Shown one piece after another: positions 50,135 to 62,870 of a DNA stretch of 64,000 nt; the stretch's first letter is position 1; every line of letters begins with the position of its first letter. The stretch spans positions 34,410,001-34,474,000 of the forward strand of contig NC_086373.1 in NCBI RefSeq assembly GCF_036588685.1, read 5' to 3'. Origin of the DNA: Mytilus trossulus. Taxonomy: Eukaryota. The notes under the pieces are model-generated. The model searched no databases and had not been told where the DNA came from. It saw nothing but the letters and a program-made list of their open reading frames with translations. Made by a program: the position numbers and the translations under genes.

Positions 50135-50259
50135 ACATGTCATTTTTCATATCGCATGTATTATCAGCCCTCGGTCAATATTAGCCCTCGAGCCATGCGG
50201 CTCTTGGGCTTATTTTGAACCTAGGGCTGATAATACATGCGATATGAAAAATGCCATGT
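50135..50259. repeat. Foldback hairpin (about 125 bp) of a non-autonomous DNA element
   Basis: acatgtcatttttcatatcgcatgtattatcagccct ... agggctgataatacatgcgatatgaaaaatgccatgt, with a central gagccatgcggctc. Confidence 0.85.
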
Positions 50260-50269
50260 AATAATTTGA

Positions 50270-50420
50270 TATTACTCTAAATATCATCAAAACAATACTG
50301 CGAATTAGTATTATCAAATTTTTGTTCTTCACTCGCCGAGATTCGACCTCAAGCGATTGGTATATTGTGAAAGCACCGCCTGCACTTTGGACAGCGCTGT
50401 AGACAACTCGGTCATCTAGA
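50270..50420 (-). mobile_element. Decayed tRNA-derived SINE head
   Basis: - strand A-box-like TGACCGAGTTG and B-box-like GGTCGAATC; no intact cloverleaf. Confidence 0.4.
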
Positions 50421-50691
50421 CTGATAAAATTCAGCTTTACCGTTCCTCGTCAGTAGAATCTAGAGTGTAGTAAAAAAGTACATGATAATTATATTAGTCA
50501 TGAAGATGGAATTTTTGAAGATTAGCTAAATTGTCTGTTTAAAAGGATCGTAACATAGTCACCGAAATAATTATTTGTTAAGAACGTCTAAACAATAGAC
50601 AACTCTACTACAGATCCATCCACTGGTTCACCAGTGAAGATGCTACACGGCTGAAAACACATATTATATTCATATTTAGAGTAGTTTTGTT

Positions 50692-51055
50692 TAAGAATTG
50701 AATGCTTCTTTTTGTAAATTTATTAGGGTGTAAAAGCGTTGACCGAAGTACATTTTGTATGAAGCGCGGAAGCGCTTCATTCTAAAAATGTACGCAAGGT
50801 CAACGCTTTTACAACCCTATAAAGTTACAAAAAGAAGCATTCAATACTTATAATTACATTTTTTAGCTAGGATCATAAAAACACGATTTTTATCCAGATT
50901 TATTCAATTCACCTGTGCACTTTATTGTAGAACCTCGTGTCATCATGCATGATATTTTTTATTGTCTAATGCAATTGTTTACGGAATAACATGTGATGTG
51001 CAGTTAGCCAATCAGAATAACGTATTATAATGAAACTTACATCTAATGTAATTAT
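50692..51055. mobile_element. Foldback hairpin element with AGCCAATCAGAA tail (Crypton-like, non-autonomous)
   Basis: Hairpin 50692-50850 centred on gaagcgc-ggaa-gcgcttc; tail contains AGCCAATCAGAA at 51006. Confidence 0.7.
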
Positions 51056-51433
51056 ATACATATATTAATATACTTCTGTGTCATATTGTATATGCTTGAG
51101 AGTTGTCTCATTGACAATCATACCACATAAACTTATTGTAAATAAAATTGATTATTGTATCGTTTAGAAATACCTTACCTTACGATCCAAACAGAGAAGA
51201 TGCACGAAAGGTTAAAATTGTTCCAAGATAAAAAAAAATGCAAAAAAGTCTGACCATTTTAATACTTGAATATAGACATAGTTGTTCTATAACTTTTGAC
51301 ACAAATATCTTGTTTGTATTACATGACAATACTGATTACCAGAGTAATGACCCCTTCATAACTATAGCGTGACAATATCTAGAATGGTTTTACTTTTACC
51401 GCAACCTTCTAACCATGAAAGTTGTTTTGTTTA

Positions 51434-51851
51434 AGCCTCGGTCACACCTTACCGGATAGCACGAATGCACGCCTAACGGATGAAAATGGTATCCGTTGGG
51501 TAGAAGTCCGTTGGTAAATTTATTTTTCAGAACTCCAACGGATGTATAACGGACACGTAACGGATAAAAAACGGAAACGAAACGGACGAGTACCGTACAC
51601 AATAAACGCCTAACTGGACGTTCAACGGACATTTTATCCGTTTAACGTCCGTTCAAAGTTTTGAACATGCTAAAAATTTTCCACCAGACAGAACAGACAT
51701 CGACGGATAAAACATACGCTTAACGGACATGCAACGGGTATAGACGGACGTTTAACGGACAAGAACGGACGTCTAACGGACATGAACGGATTGAACAAAA
51801 GTTATCCGTTAGGCGTCGGTTCGAGCTATCCGGTAAGGTGTGATCGAGGCT
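51434..51851. mobile_element. PIF/Harbinger-like MITE
   Basis: 27-bp TIR AGCCTCGGTCACACCTTACCGGATAGC (1 mismatch); TTA on both flanks; many internal AACGGA repeats. Confidence 0.88.
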
Positions 51852-52088
51852 TTAGGTAATTAGTATAAACATTGGGTAGGTACTTTGGGTTACAGAACAT
51901 GAAGAACAGCAGACGGCGGGCAACGTTTCTTGAAGTTGATAATGCCCTCCCCCCCCCCCCCCCCCCCTGAACAATGCTCAAAATAATCATTCTTTGACAA
52001 TGTCATCGAATTGTGCTGAGTTAGTAGCTAATGAAAGCACTTGTATGAAGATATTTGTGTTATCTGGCGTAAAGATTTTTGAAATATT

Positions 52089-52390
52089 TAAGGAATGACT
52101 GTAATATTTTTTCTGTCTATTCGAAATAACATAAAACATTTGGTGCACACTGAATAATGCGCGTAGCGGGTTATTTAACATTGTGCACCACATTTTTTAT
52201 GTTATTTCGAATAGACAGAAAAAATATTGCAGTCATTTCTTATAATTTAATTCTAAATTCCGATTTATACTATAAAACCATGAAAAAACGTTGATAACGT
52301 CACGGTCACATGACTAAATTATGTCTATGGACTGATAACAAAATAACGTCAGCCAATCAGAAGACGCGTTACATCCAAAATTAAATTATA
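52089..52390. mobile_element. Foldback hairpin element with AGCCAATCAGAA tail (Crypton-like, non-autonomous)
   Basis: Hairpin 52089-52242 centred on gcgcgtagcg; tail contains AGCCAATCAGAA at 52351. Confidence 0.7.
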
Positions 52391-55300
52391 TCAATTTAAC
52401 ATTCAAGTTGTGACCCTTTTATATTTTTTTATGAAGTTAAAAATAAGGCCATATCTTTCCAACAGTAAACTTAGTCCTTTAGTAGGATTACCTTGATCAG
52501 CCTCCAGCTTGTTGCTGGGGGATTCAACAATAACAATGCCTGGTGCATTTCCGTCATGAAGCTGTCTTTATTCGGTTTGTTTTTAAGGCCTGTTCATGAT
52601 TACGTCTGAAGTTACCCGTGTGGATCACAAGTCGTACAAGATGTGGAATTACTTTTGACATACAAAACTCATGTACAAATACACTGTTTAACTGGACACA
52701 TAAACAGTCGTCATTTGTATCATGTCTCATCGATTTTAATTCATATCAGTATAATACTTGATAAGGTAATTCTTTATGAGAATTCTTTGCAAATACAATT
52801 GAACCTATTATGTTGGCATCTATGCTTTTAGCCACATACAAACTTTCTTTGTTTGTATACCTTATTTGATAGCGTTGACGTTGCGCACTATGTTGGTACT
52901 ACTAAGCGTTTTACGACGTTCCTCAAAATAAGGCGATTTCGACGATTTCAAAGAAAATTTCAGGCGTTCAAGCATATTATTGATGAGGTCAATTTATTCT
53001 TTGTCTACATATTTTACTGCATATTTAGATAGTAATTTGCCAATACTTTGTTAATAAGATGTGACATCAGTACAGTGCTGCGCATACAAAAAAAAGGTGT
53101 ACAGTATCTTTTGATTTCAAAAGTTAAAACAAAATAACAAGGTACCAGTAATCATTATGATTAAAACAGAAACTATCCCATTATAAACAACTTAGGTGGT
53201 CTGCATTTGATGCGCATGAAAACTTCATAACTGTAAACGTGTTTTAAACAATGAATATTTATTTCCCAAATTAAATTTCTTGAATAGTGACAGTAATGGT
53301 ATTTCAAATCAACAATCTGTTCCAGTCGTCCCAGTCTTCTTTTAAATGAACATCATGTCATTATTTGAGTGATGTTCCTTATAGCTGGTGAAAAACGAAA
53401 ATATTTTATTCGTTTTTCACACAATTTAGCTAACAATCATATTTCACTTTACAAGATGTAGACAAAATACCATTAATGAGATTGTTTAAATGATCTATTT
53501 TGTTTGAAGGCAACTCAATTAAGGAGCTTTTTAAATTCTTTGTGAAACCAAGCCAAACTAATGATTGAACCGGCGTCCAAATACATTTATCCTTAACTGG
53601 GACAAATCCGGATAATATCGAATCATTTTAACCTTCTCTGCTTGATCTTGACCTTGTTTTTAAGTCTCTGATGAAAAAGCCCGTCATCTAAATAAAATAT
53701 GATTTTGATATCATCTTTATGCCAGTTAGCAACTAAATGTCTTTAACTTTAGTAAACACCTTGGCTTCACTTCTGAATTTAAACATAAAAAGCAAAATCA
53801 TTAAAACAAAATAGTGCACTGTTTCACCAAACAATAAAGATAATCCAAGATATTTTCGATTTTCGATATGAATGGCTTTTAAATCCAATATTGATAGATT
53901 GTTGCTAAATTAACGTCCAGTGGCAATCATTCCAAGGATCAATCTAATTAAAATATGGATCTCTGATTTCGTTATTCTACATATGAGTAGTATAACAAAA
54001 TCAGAGATAAATTAAAACAATATGTAGGTTATTCAAGTGAATGATAGAGATAAATGACAGAAAATTCGAACTGCCACAGGAAAGCATTGATAGGTTTAAT
54101 AGTGGCAAAATTGTTACCTTGCAACAAGCCACCAACGTAAACAGTTATTCATATTGTTCTTTGAAATAAGATTCTCCTTGCACTCTCTCTATGTGAGGCA
54201 TCGGATTTAATGTCTTAATTTTTTCTTGGACGTGACTGTGAATTTGTGAATCCTGCACAGCCAAACGGACGCCCGATATTGGCAACGGTTCTACTGCCCG
54301 TCGAATGAAAACCTATTATAGCACAGTCATTATATGGGGTGTTAAATAAAGGACAAATCTAATACAGTTTTAAAAACTAACTGCCAGTTTTCCCGTCCTC
54401 AAACTTGAATCTGCTATAAACACACTGTTACAAACATGGCCTAAAGACTACAATTAAAGACCTGTACCCGATGAGGTACCAAACGAAACAGTTAAAGGGT
54501 TAACTAATGTGGTCTGTTTAATACGTTATTTATCAAATTAGCTTCAATCAATTTCAGAATTGCTTGATGTATAAAATCTTTATGGTCTAAAGTCAATTTC
54601 TTATTTTTCAATAAAACACTCTCTCGTGATTCAAGGTATTAAACAGCCAAATTAATTTGCGTCTTAAATAGAAAAAAAGAAGAATTAATAATTTTCGATA
54701 ATCTGAAGATTTTTTCAGTATATTTTAACGTTTAAACTAAAAGTAAAATTGAAATGGGGGAACATGTCAACGAAACAACCTAACCAAAGAGTAGACAACA
54801 GCGAAGGCCTCCAATACAGCGAGAAAAACATCTGCATCCAGAGGCGTCCTTCAGCTGGCCCCTAAACAAAAATGTGCGCTAGTTCAGTACTAATGAACGT
54901 CATACTAAACTCAAAAATATATAAAGAAAACTAAATTTAAAAATCATATAAGACTTACAAAGGCTAGAGACTCCTGACTTGGGACGGGCGCAAAAATGAG
55001 GCGGGGTTAAACATGTTTTTTGAGATCTCAACCTTCCCCCTTTACATCTAGCCAATGTAGAAAAACAAACACACAGCAAAAAGTCAAATGACAATGATAC
55101 ACAAGTTAAAAAAGGATTACTAGTAGTAACTGACATGCCAGCTCCAGGCATCAATTATACTGATTCAAAGACTATGTTTTCATCATATGAATATCAAGCA
55201 CAATCCTTCCGTTAGTACTTGATTCATGCTAATTGAAAAACTAAATTGTCTACAGTTTATTCCAGAATTGTTAAGATCAACTTAGATGAGAGGTTTCTGG

Positions 55301-57789
55301 GGGTAACTTTCCCCCTTTCACAGTATTATGCTCAGTGTCTGTTTAGGCCATAACTATATCTGATTTTCCATGTTGTTGATCTCCTCTGCTTTAGTGTAAC
55401 GGAGAAGAAGGCTGCTTGACCCCAAAAAGCTACCACAAGGAAATACCAGTATTCTTACCTATTATCACCACATAGAACAAGCATATGTAGGAACATCAGC
55501 AGCTCCCACAGTCCCCTTCTTAAATTTTTTCTTCTTTACAGTTTTATATATCTCCATCGTTCTGCTCGCAACCGCCTTCATGGAACGCTTCTTGTCCTGT
55601 GAGTCGCTAGCCGTTTCGCTGGACAGAAACTATTCTGATATTTGTATACCACTGTCTAATTTATCAGCTATACGAACAAGTTTATTCATTTTCTTAAACG
55701 ATATACCTGATTCTATTAATGATAGCATTTGTAGCAGCGGTGTTCTATACAGTTAATGACTATTTTAAACTGTCCAAAATTTCCTAATTATATCAAATTG
55801 TCTTTGTTTCAGAGGAAATTGAACCTTCTTGTCTTCGTTTTTAGAGAACTCTCAAATTTAATTACTTTTCATCCAATGTACTGGTATTATCTGGAAAATT
55901 AGTTTGGCCAATTTTCCCTTCGTTTGTTTCAAATAAAGGCTCTTTTCCAAAATTCTTTCAATATTTATCTAAATTCAAAGTATTACTGCCAAATATTTGT
56001 AATTCATGAGTGTTACAATATTTTGGCTAATTTCTGAATGTTTTGTCGAATTGTAGACATAGAAAAAGTGGCAGAAAACTGTTTGTTTCGAATTTTCCTC
56101 GGAGGTCAGTATTTTTGTGATTTTACCTTTTGAAAATATCAATATGCCAATTAGCAAATAGTGGTCGTTCAACTTTAGTAAACAAGTACACGGAATATAG
56201 AAAAAGGCGAAAATTTAAAAACAAAATACAGTTTCACTAAACGTTTTTACGATTTATTTTTTTCAATTTTCGAGAACAAAATTGTCTATATGATTGTAGT
56301 TGCTTGCTTATTCAAAATAGCATGGACAGTTGCAGACATTTTCCTTGCAACAAGCCAGAAATGGACAACTTAAACAGTTATAAAGACTGTTTTTGAAAGT
56401 GCAGAGATCCTAGTACTCTCTCATTACGAGGCATTAGATTACACCTATCCAATCTAAAAAAATATCTAGCAGTTCACCCGTCCTCACACGTAAACATCAT
56501 ATAAACAACATGTTACTAGTCTATTTTTCAACGTTTTTACTCAAAGTACCAGATTCCTAATCCTTAACATTGTCAAAATATCTACATTCTATACCTTAAG
56601 AAAAAACTAAAGTTCTACTCGACAAGTCTACACTTACAGAAATGTTCCACATTTTACTATTATTTGGCCATTTGTCTGTCCAGTTCACAATTGTAAAAAA
56701 TATAAAAACAAAATATCATTCAACGTTTGTACTAAAAGTATCAGATTCCTATTCCTTAACATTGTCAAAATTATCTACATTCTATACCTTAAGAAAAAGA
56801 AAAAAATCTACTTAGACAAGTGTACACTTACAGAAGTGTTCCATATTTTACTATGTTTTGGCCATTTGTCTGTCCAGTTCACAATTGTAAAAAATGTAAA
56901 AACAAAATATTTTACAGTTTCGCAAAACCTTTTACGAAAATTCACGATTTTTTCAATTTTCGAGAAAATTGTCTGAATGATTGTAATACTTGCTTATTTA
57001 ACGTCTAGAGGACACTATTTCATGCATATCTAGAACATGAAACTTTAAAAATGGGATGAATAAAATGACTGCCATTGGAAAGCAATGCTAGGATGGATGG
57101 TTGCAGAAATTTTGCCTGGCAACAAGCCAGAAATGGACAACTTAAACAGTTGTTAAGATTGTTTTAAATCTTGCAGAGATCCTAGTACTCTTTCATAACG
57201 AGGCATTATCATTATATTACACTTATCCAATCTAAAAAAAATATAGCAGTTCACCCGTCCTCATACGTAAACATCATATAAACAACATGTTACTAACATG
57301 TCCAAAGCTACAAAAATAGATTTGTACCCGATTTGTACTCACTTATCAAAATAAATCCAGTCAAATCCTGGATTGATTTATCTTTTAAAGTTTTATGGTG
57401 AACATGATTTTTTTATTTCTAATAAAACACTCTGATTCTTTGATTAACGTATTTAATACCCCAAATCACTTCCTTTTATCATAAAAAAGTGTGATATTAA
57501 TAATTTCCAAACAATTAAAACATTTTTTCTGTATATTTTTAACGTTTTTTACGTATTAAAAAGTACTAGATTCATCTGGAATCTTTAATAAAATTTGGAA
57601 AGTTATCAACATTCTATACCTTAAGAAAAAATAAAGTTCTACTGAAATAAGACTCCTTTTATAGCAGTGTTCGCCTTTTTACTCTTTTTCGGCCATGTGT
57701 CTGTTCAGTCCACAATTATTAGATAACCTCTGGATTTGATCTTCTCCGCTTTGTTGTATTGGAGAAAAATGACCATCAATCTGTTGACA

Positions 57790-58095
57790 GTCGCTCAAAT
57801 ATACAATCGTCCTCTAGGTAACTAGCCGCGTCGTCCAACAGAAATTCGTCTACAATTTCCCAATCGCCGTCTGATTTATTATCTATACACGTCAGTGTCT
57901 CCCATATCTTGAGGAATTTTCTCGATTCTACTAGTACTTCGATGTCATTTTCTTGTCCATTGTGCCCTATACAGTGTATGAAAATATCATATTATTGATA
58001 CTGTTCTAAATGTTCGAATTTAAATCGAATTAAGCCTTCTTGACTTTGAATTAAAAGACCTCTCAGACTTTTTTACTTTTCTTTCAAGGTCCTGA
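57790..58095 (-). pseudogene. Decayed DIRS/Ngaro-type gag (ORF1) fragment within the tandem unit; sister copies at about 55550-55900, 59750-60050 and 61660-61965
   Basis: Conceptual translations: LKIWETLTCIDNKSDGDWEIVDEFLLDDAASYLEDD (this copy), IKKGNKLIRTANNSDGG*KIV (about 61782-61720), KKMNKLVRIADKLDSGIQISE*FLSSETASDSQDKKR (about 55700-55585). These fit the RNKLIxIADxSxxGWxxVxEYxxxxxASDSEDEKR motif I recall from tyrosine-recombinase retrotransposon ORF1. Confidence 0.72.
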
Positions 58096-58982
58096 CTATT
58101 ATCTACCCAAGTGCATGAACTAAGAGTTTTATTTAATATAAGGACGATTTTTAAGGAGTATTTCAATCTTTACTTTTATTCCTGAGATCACTGTCAAATA
58201 TATGTATTTTATGGTTCTTACATTATTTTGGCAAATTTTTTAATAGTTCGTTAAATTGTATACACCGGAAAAATTAATAAAAACATAAATTTTAAGAGAT
58301 TTTGGCACATTTTGATTATTAATATAATTATCCTTATTTGGGATAAATCCTGATAATATCGAATCATTTAAAACTTCTCTGCTAGATCTTGAATTCTTAT
58401 AAAAACTAGTCGTCATATAAATACACTGTAATTTTGATATTATCTTTCTGCATGTTGGCAACAAGAAGTCGCATAATCTTGGTCAATAAGTACACTACTG
58501 AAAAGTAAAATCACAAACATACTAAACTCAGTGGAAAATCTAATCGGAAAGTCCATAATCACATGGCAAAATCATGTGACAAGACACATCACAAACGAAT
58601 GGACAAGAACTGTCATATTCCTGACTCCGTACAGGCATTTTCAAATGTAGAAAATGGTGGATTAAACCTGAATTTATAGCGCTAAACCTCTCACTTTGTT
58701 GGAAGTCTCGTCAAATTCCGTTATATTTATAATGATGTAAATAAACAAAAGACAAACATGAAAAAACAAAATACTTAAAAGTTTAGCCAAATTTCAAGAA
58801 AATTCATGATTCTTTCAATTTTCGAGAAACATGTCCTAATTATGTGTTAAGTTAACGTTCAGTGGCAATTATTTCATGCATACCCAGGACAAGAAACTTT
58901 AACAATGAATACAATATAAAGGTTCTGCAAGTGGGACAATAGTGATGAATTAAAAATAAATTCGAATATTTTTTTTATTCTA

Positions 58983-59026
58983 GCGTCACTGATGAGTCTT
59001 TTGTAGACGAAACGCGAGTCTGCCGT
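58983..59026 (+). ncRNA. Minimal type I hammerhead ribozyme, slightly decayed
   Basis: gcgtca CTGATGA gtct-tttgt-agac GAAA c-gcga-g TC tgccgt. Confidence 0.75.
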
Positions 59027-60216
59027 TAACATAAATTTTTAATCCTGGTATCTATAATGGGTTTATTCTCAAACTACCACTAGAAAGCAATGCTAGGTTG
59101 GATAGTTGCAGCAATTTCACCTTGCAACAAGCCACCAACCTTAAAAAGTTGTTCATATTATTATTCAACTCTCTATACTCCCTGGTACTCTCTCTATAAG
59201 AGTTATTGGATTGCACATTTATATTCTCTCAATCAACTGGCAGTTCATCGGTTGTCACATTTGAATCTACTATAAACAACATGTTACCAACAGGTCTCAA
59301 GACTACAAAGATAGATTTGTACCCGATGTACTTCCTTTAACAATATTAAATTCAATCAACTCCTGGATTGGTTTATCTACTTTATCTAATGGTCTAAATA
59401 ATTTTTTCAATTTTCTCTCTCAATAAAACACTCTTTGAATCTTTAATTTAATATATTTGATACCCAAAAAAAGAGTGACATTAATATTTTCCAAAAAAAT
59501 AGTCTATTTTTAAAGATTTACTTATCGACATTCTATACCTTAAAAAAATAAAGATCTACAAAGATAAAACTCTTTTAATAGCAGTGTTAGCCTTTTTGCT
59601 GTTTTTCGGCCATGTGTCTGTTCAGTTCACAATTATATCAGATAACCTCAGGTTTTGATCTTCTCCGTTTTGTTGGGTCGGAGAAAGGGACCCTAGACCC
59701 GAAAATATACAGTTGTGACAGATTTCAATATCTTAACTGCTCTGTTGGCAGCCGCCAAACTATACAACTCGTCCTCTGGCTCTAGCCGCGTCGTCGAACG
59801 AACTTCGTCTACCATTTCCCAATCGCCGTCTGATTTATCATCTTTATGAGTCCGTGTATTCCCGTTTAAGAGGTATTTACGATACTACTAGTACTTTGAT
59901 GGCCTTCTCGCGTCATTGGCATTCTATACAGTGTCTGGCAATATCATATTATCGATTTTGTCCAAATGTCCAAATTAAAATCAAATCGACCCTGCTTGGC
60001 TTGAATTGAAAGACCTCTCAGATTTCTTTACTTTCTTTCAAGGTCCTTTGTAGTATCTGCGAAAGTGGTCGAGCCATTTTTTCCCGAGTTTATTTAAAAC
60101 AAGGGTCATTTTCAAAAAGTATTTCAATAGTTATTTCTTTTCATGATATCATTGTCAAATATTTGTACTTCATGAATCTTACAATATTTTTGCCAATTTA
60201 TGAACCGTTCATCAAA

Positions 60217-60501
60217 TTGTAAATAGTTATCAAAGGTACCAGGATTATAATTTAGTACGCCAGACGCGCGTTTCGTCTCCACAAGACTCATCAGTGACGT
60301 TCATATCAAAATATTTATAAAGCCAAACAATAACAAAGTTGAAGAGCATTGAGGATCCAAAATTCCCAAAAATTGTGCCAAACACGGCTAAGGTAATCTA
60401 TACCTGGGAAAAGAAAATCCTTATTTTTTAGAAAAATTCAAAGTTTTGTAACAGGAAATTTATTAAAATGACCACATTATTGATATTCGTGTCAACACCG
60501 A
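60217..60501 (-). mobile_element. Retrozyme copy, truncated
   Basis: Reverse complement of about 21555-21829. Confidence 0.82.
60257..60300 (-). ncRNA. Minimal type I hammerhead ribozyme, intact
   Basis: - strand: acgtca CTGATGA gtct-tgtgg-agac GAAA c-gcgc-g TC tggcgt. Confidence 0.88.
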
Positions 60502-61311
60502 TAGAGTGACAAAAACACAATTTCAAGAGATTTTGGCACTTTTTGATTATTCACCACAATTATCCTTATTTGGGACAAATTATGCTAAAAATATTATATC
60601 GAATCTTTAAATACTCTTTAGATCTTGCATCGCCGATTAAAACAAGTAGTCATCTATAAATACATTGTAATTTTGATAATAGTATTATGCCAGTTTAATA
60701 GCAACTTGAGGTCTTACAAATTTAGGAAACAAGTACACTTCTGCATAAAGACAAAAGGCAAACATGTAAAAACAAAACTCTTTCGACAAGATTCTTTCAT
60801 TCTAAAAGAGTGAAGTCCGTTTGCTTACTTAAAGTCAACTGGCAACTATTTTATGGATATCTAGGACAAGAAACTACAATAATAGATCTGTACCCGATGT
60901 ACTTCCTTTTATCAATATTAAATTTAATCAAATCCGAAATTATTTAATCTGCTTAATCTTTATGGTTTAAATTATTTACTTATTTTTCAATAAAACACTT
61001 TCTACTTCTTTGATTTAATGTATTTAATACCCAAACTCACTTACTTCTATATTGAAAAAATAAAGATAATTTCCCAAAAATCTAACGAATTTTCAGTCTA
61101 TTTTTAACATTTAAACCAAAAGTACCAGATGAATACTAATAAAAATTGTGAAAGTTATTTTCCGTCAATAATTTTTAAAATTCAGTTATACTAAGATAAG
61201 ACTCGTCGTAAAGCAGTGGTTCACTCTTTTTACCGTTTTATGGTCATGTGTCATTTCAGTCAAAATCTAGTTCAATAAATCCCTGGTTTTGATTTTCTCC
61301 GCTTTATTTCA

Positions 61312-61620
61312 AATAAACTCATCATAGATACCAGGAATTAAATTTGACACTAACGCCAGACACGCGTTTCATCTACAAACGACTCATCAGTGACGCTCGA
61401 ATAAAAACATGTTTAAAAGGCCAAGAAAGTACGAAGTTGAAGAGCATTGAGGACCAAAAATTACTAGAAGTTTTGCCAAATACAGCTAAGGTAATATATT
61501 CCTGAGGTAGAAAAGCCTTGATATTCAAAAATTCAAAGTTTTGTTTAACAGCTCATTAATTATTATGAACATATCAATATATCAATGATAATTCATGGCA
61601 ACACAGAAGTGCTGACTACA
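61312..61620 (-). mobile_element. Retrozyme copy (second subfamily) with a hammerhead at 61353-61396
   Basis: - strand: gcgtca CTGATGA gtcg-tttgt-agat GAAA c-gcgt-g TC tggcgt. Body colinear with 60257-60501. Confidence 0.78.
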
Positions 61621-62699
61621 TCAGTTTTAAATACCTTGACCTTGGCTGCTCTGTTTGAAGTTGCCCAACTACGTTTACCGCCCTCTGTGTCACTATCGCT
61701 TCGTCGATCAGAAATTGTTCACTATTTTTCAACCGCCGTCTGAATTATTAGCTGTACGAATCAATTTATTCCCTTTCTTGATGAATTTTAATAATTCTAC
61801 TTGCACTTGGATGGTCTGCTCGTGTCAACGGTGCTCTATTTCATGACAATATCATATTATCGATGCGGTCCAAAATTTCCAAATTTAAATCTAATAAAGC
61901 GTTCGTTCTTGACTTTACATTTCAAGAACTGTAAGACTTCCTTACTTTTCTTTCAAGGTCCTGGGTAGTTACTGTGTTATAGTGGTTTGACCAATTTCCC
62001 CCAAATTTGTTTTATAGGCAATGGACCATTATCAAAAAGTCTTTCAATATTTACTTACATTCATAATATCACTCCAAAATATTTGAACTTCATGGTTCTT
62101 ACCATAGTTTAGCTTATATCTTAACAGTTCGTCAAATTGTATACACCAGAAGAATGTCTCCCAAAAAAATTCGATAAATCGACTTATTTCAACCTTGAGT
62201 CTATGTATTAAAACAGGTCGTCATCTAAATACATTGTAATTTTGATACCCTCTAGAAAATTGAGATCGTGCAGCTTAAGTAAACATATACACTACTGAAT
62301 GTAGACAAAAGGCACGACTGAAATAACTGTACAGTTTCGCGAAAAATGTTGATAGGATTGTAGTCCGATTGCTTAATTAACGTCCAGTGGCAATTGCATA
62401 AAAATGGCAAGAAACTATTAATCCATAATTCAGTGGCAATTGCATAAAAATGGCAAGAAACTTTAACTATTAATACAATACGTTGGTTCTGAAAGTGGGA
62501 CGATAGAAATTAGTGAAAGGAAATGCGGACTTCCGCTGGAAAGCAATGACATGTTGGATAGTGGCAAAATTTGTACCTTGCAAAAAGCAATCAACCTTAA
62601 GGAGTTGTTTATAGATACGTAAAAATGTGGTATAAGTGCCAATGAAACAACTCTCCATCTTAGTCACAATTTGTAAAATTTGAGATTGTTGTTTTTTTC

Positions 62700-62870
62700 T
62701 TTTACGTGCATTGTCTTATCGGGGCCTTTTATACCTGACTATATGCGGTATGGGCTTTGCTCATTGTTGAAGGCCGTACGGTGACCTATAATTGTTAATG
62801 TTTGTGTCATTTTGGTCTTTTGTGGATAGTTGTCTCATTGGCAATCATACCGCATCTTCTTTTTTATATA
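62700..62870 (+). mobile_element. SINE 3' half
   Basis: Same tail as 33520-33670; an inverted tail fragment lies just upstream at about 62615-62680. Confidence 0.78.

Noticed and set aside
50330-50420. Functional tRNA gene
   Set aside because: Only degenerate A and B boxes with no cloverleaf; treated as a SINE head.
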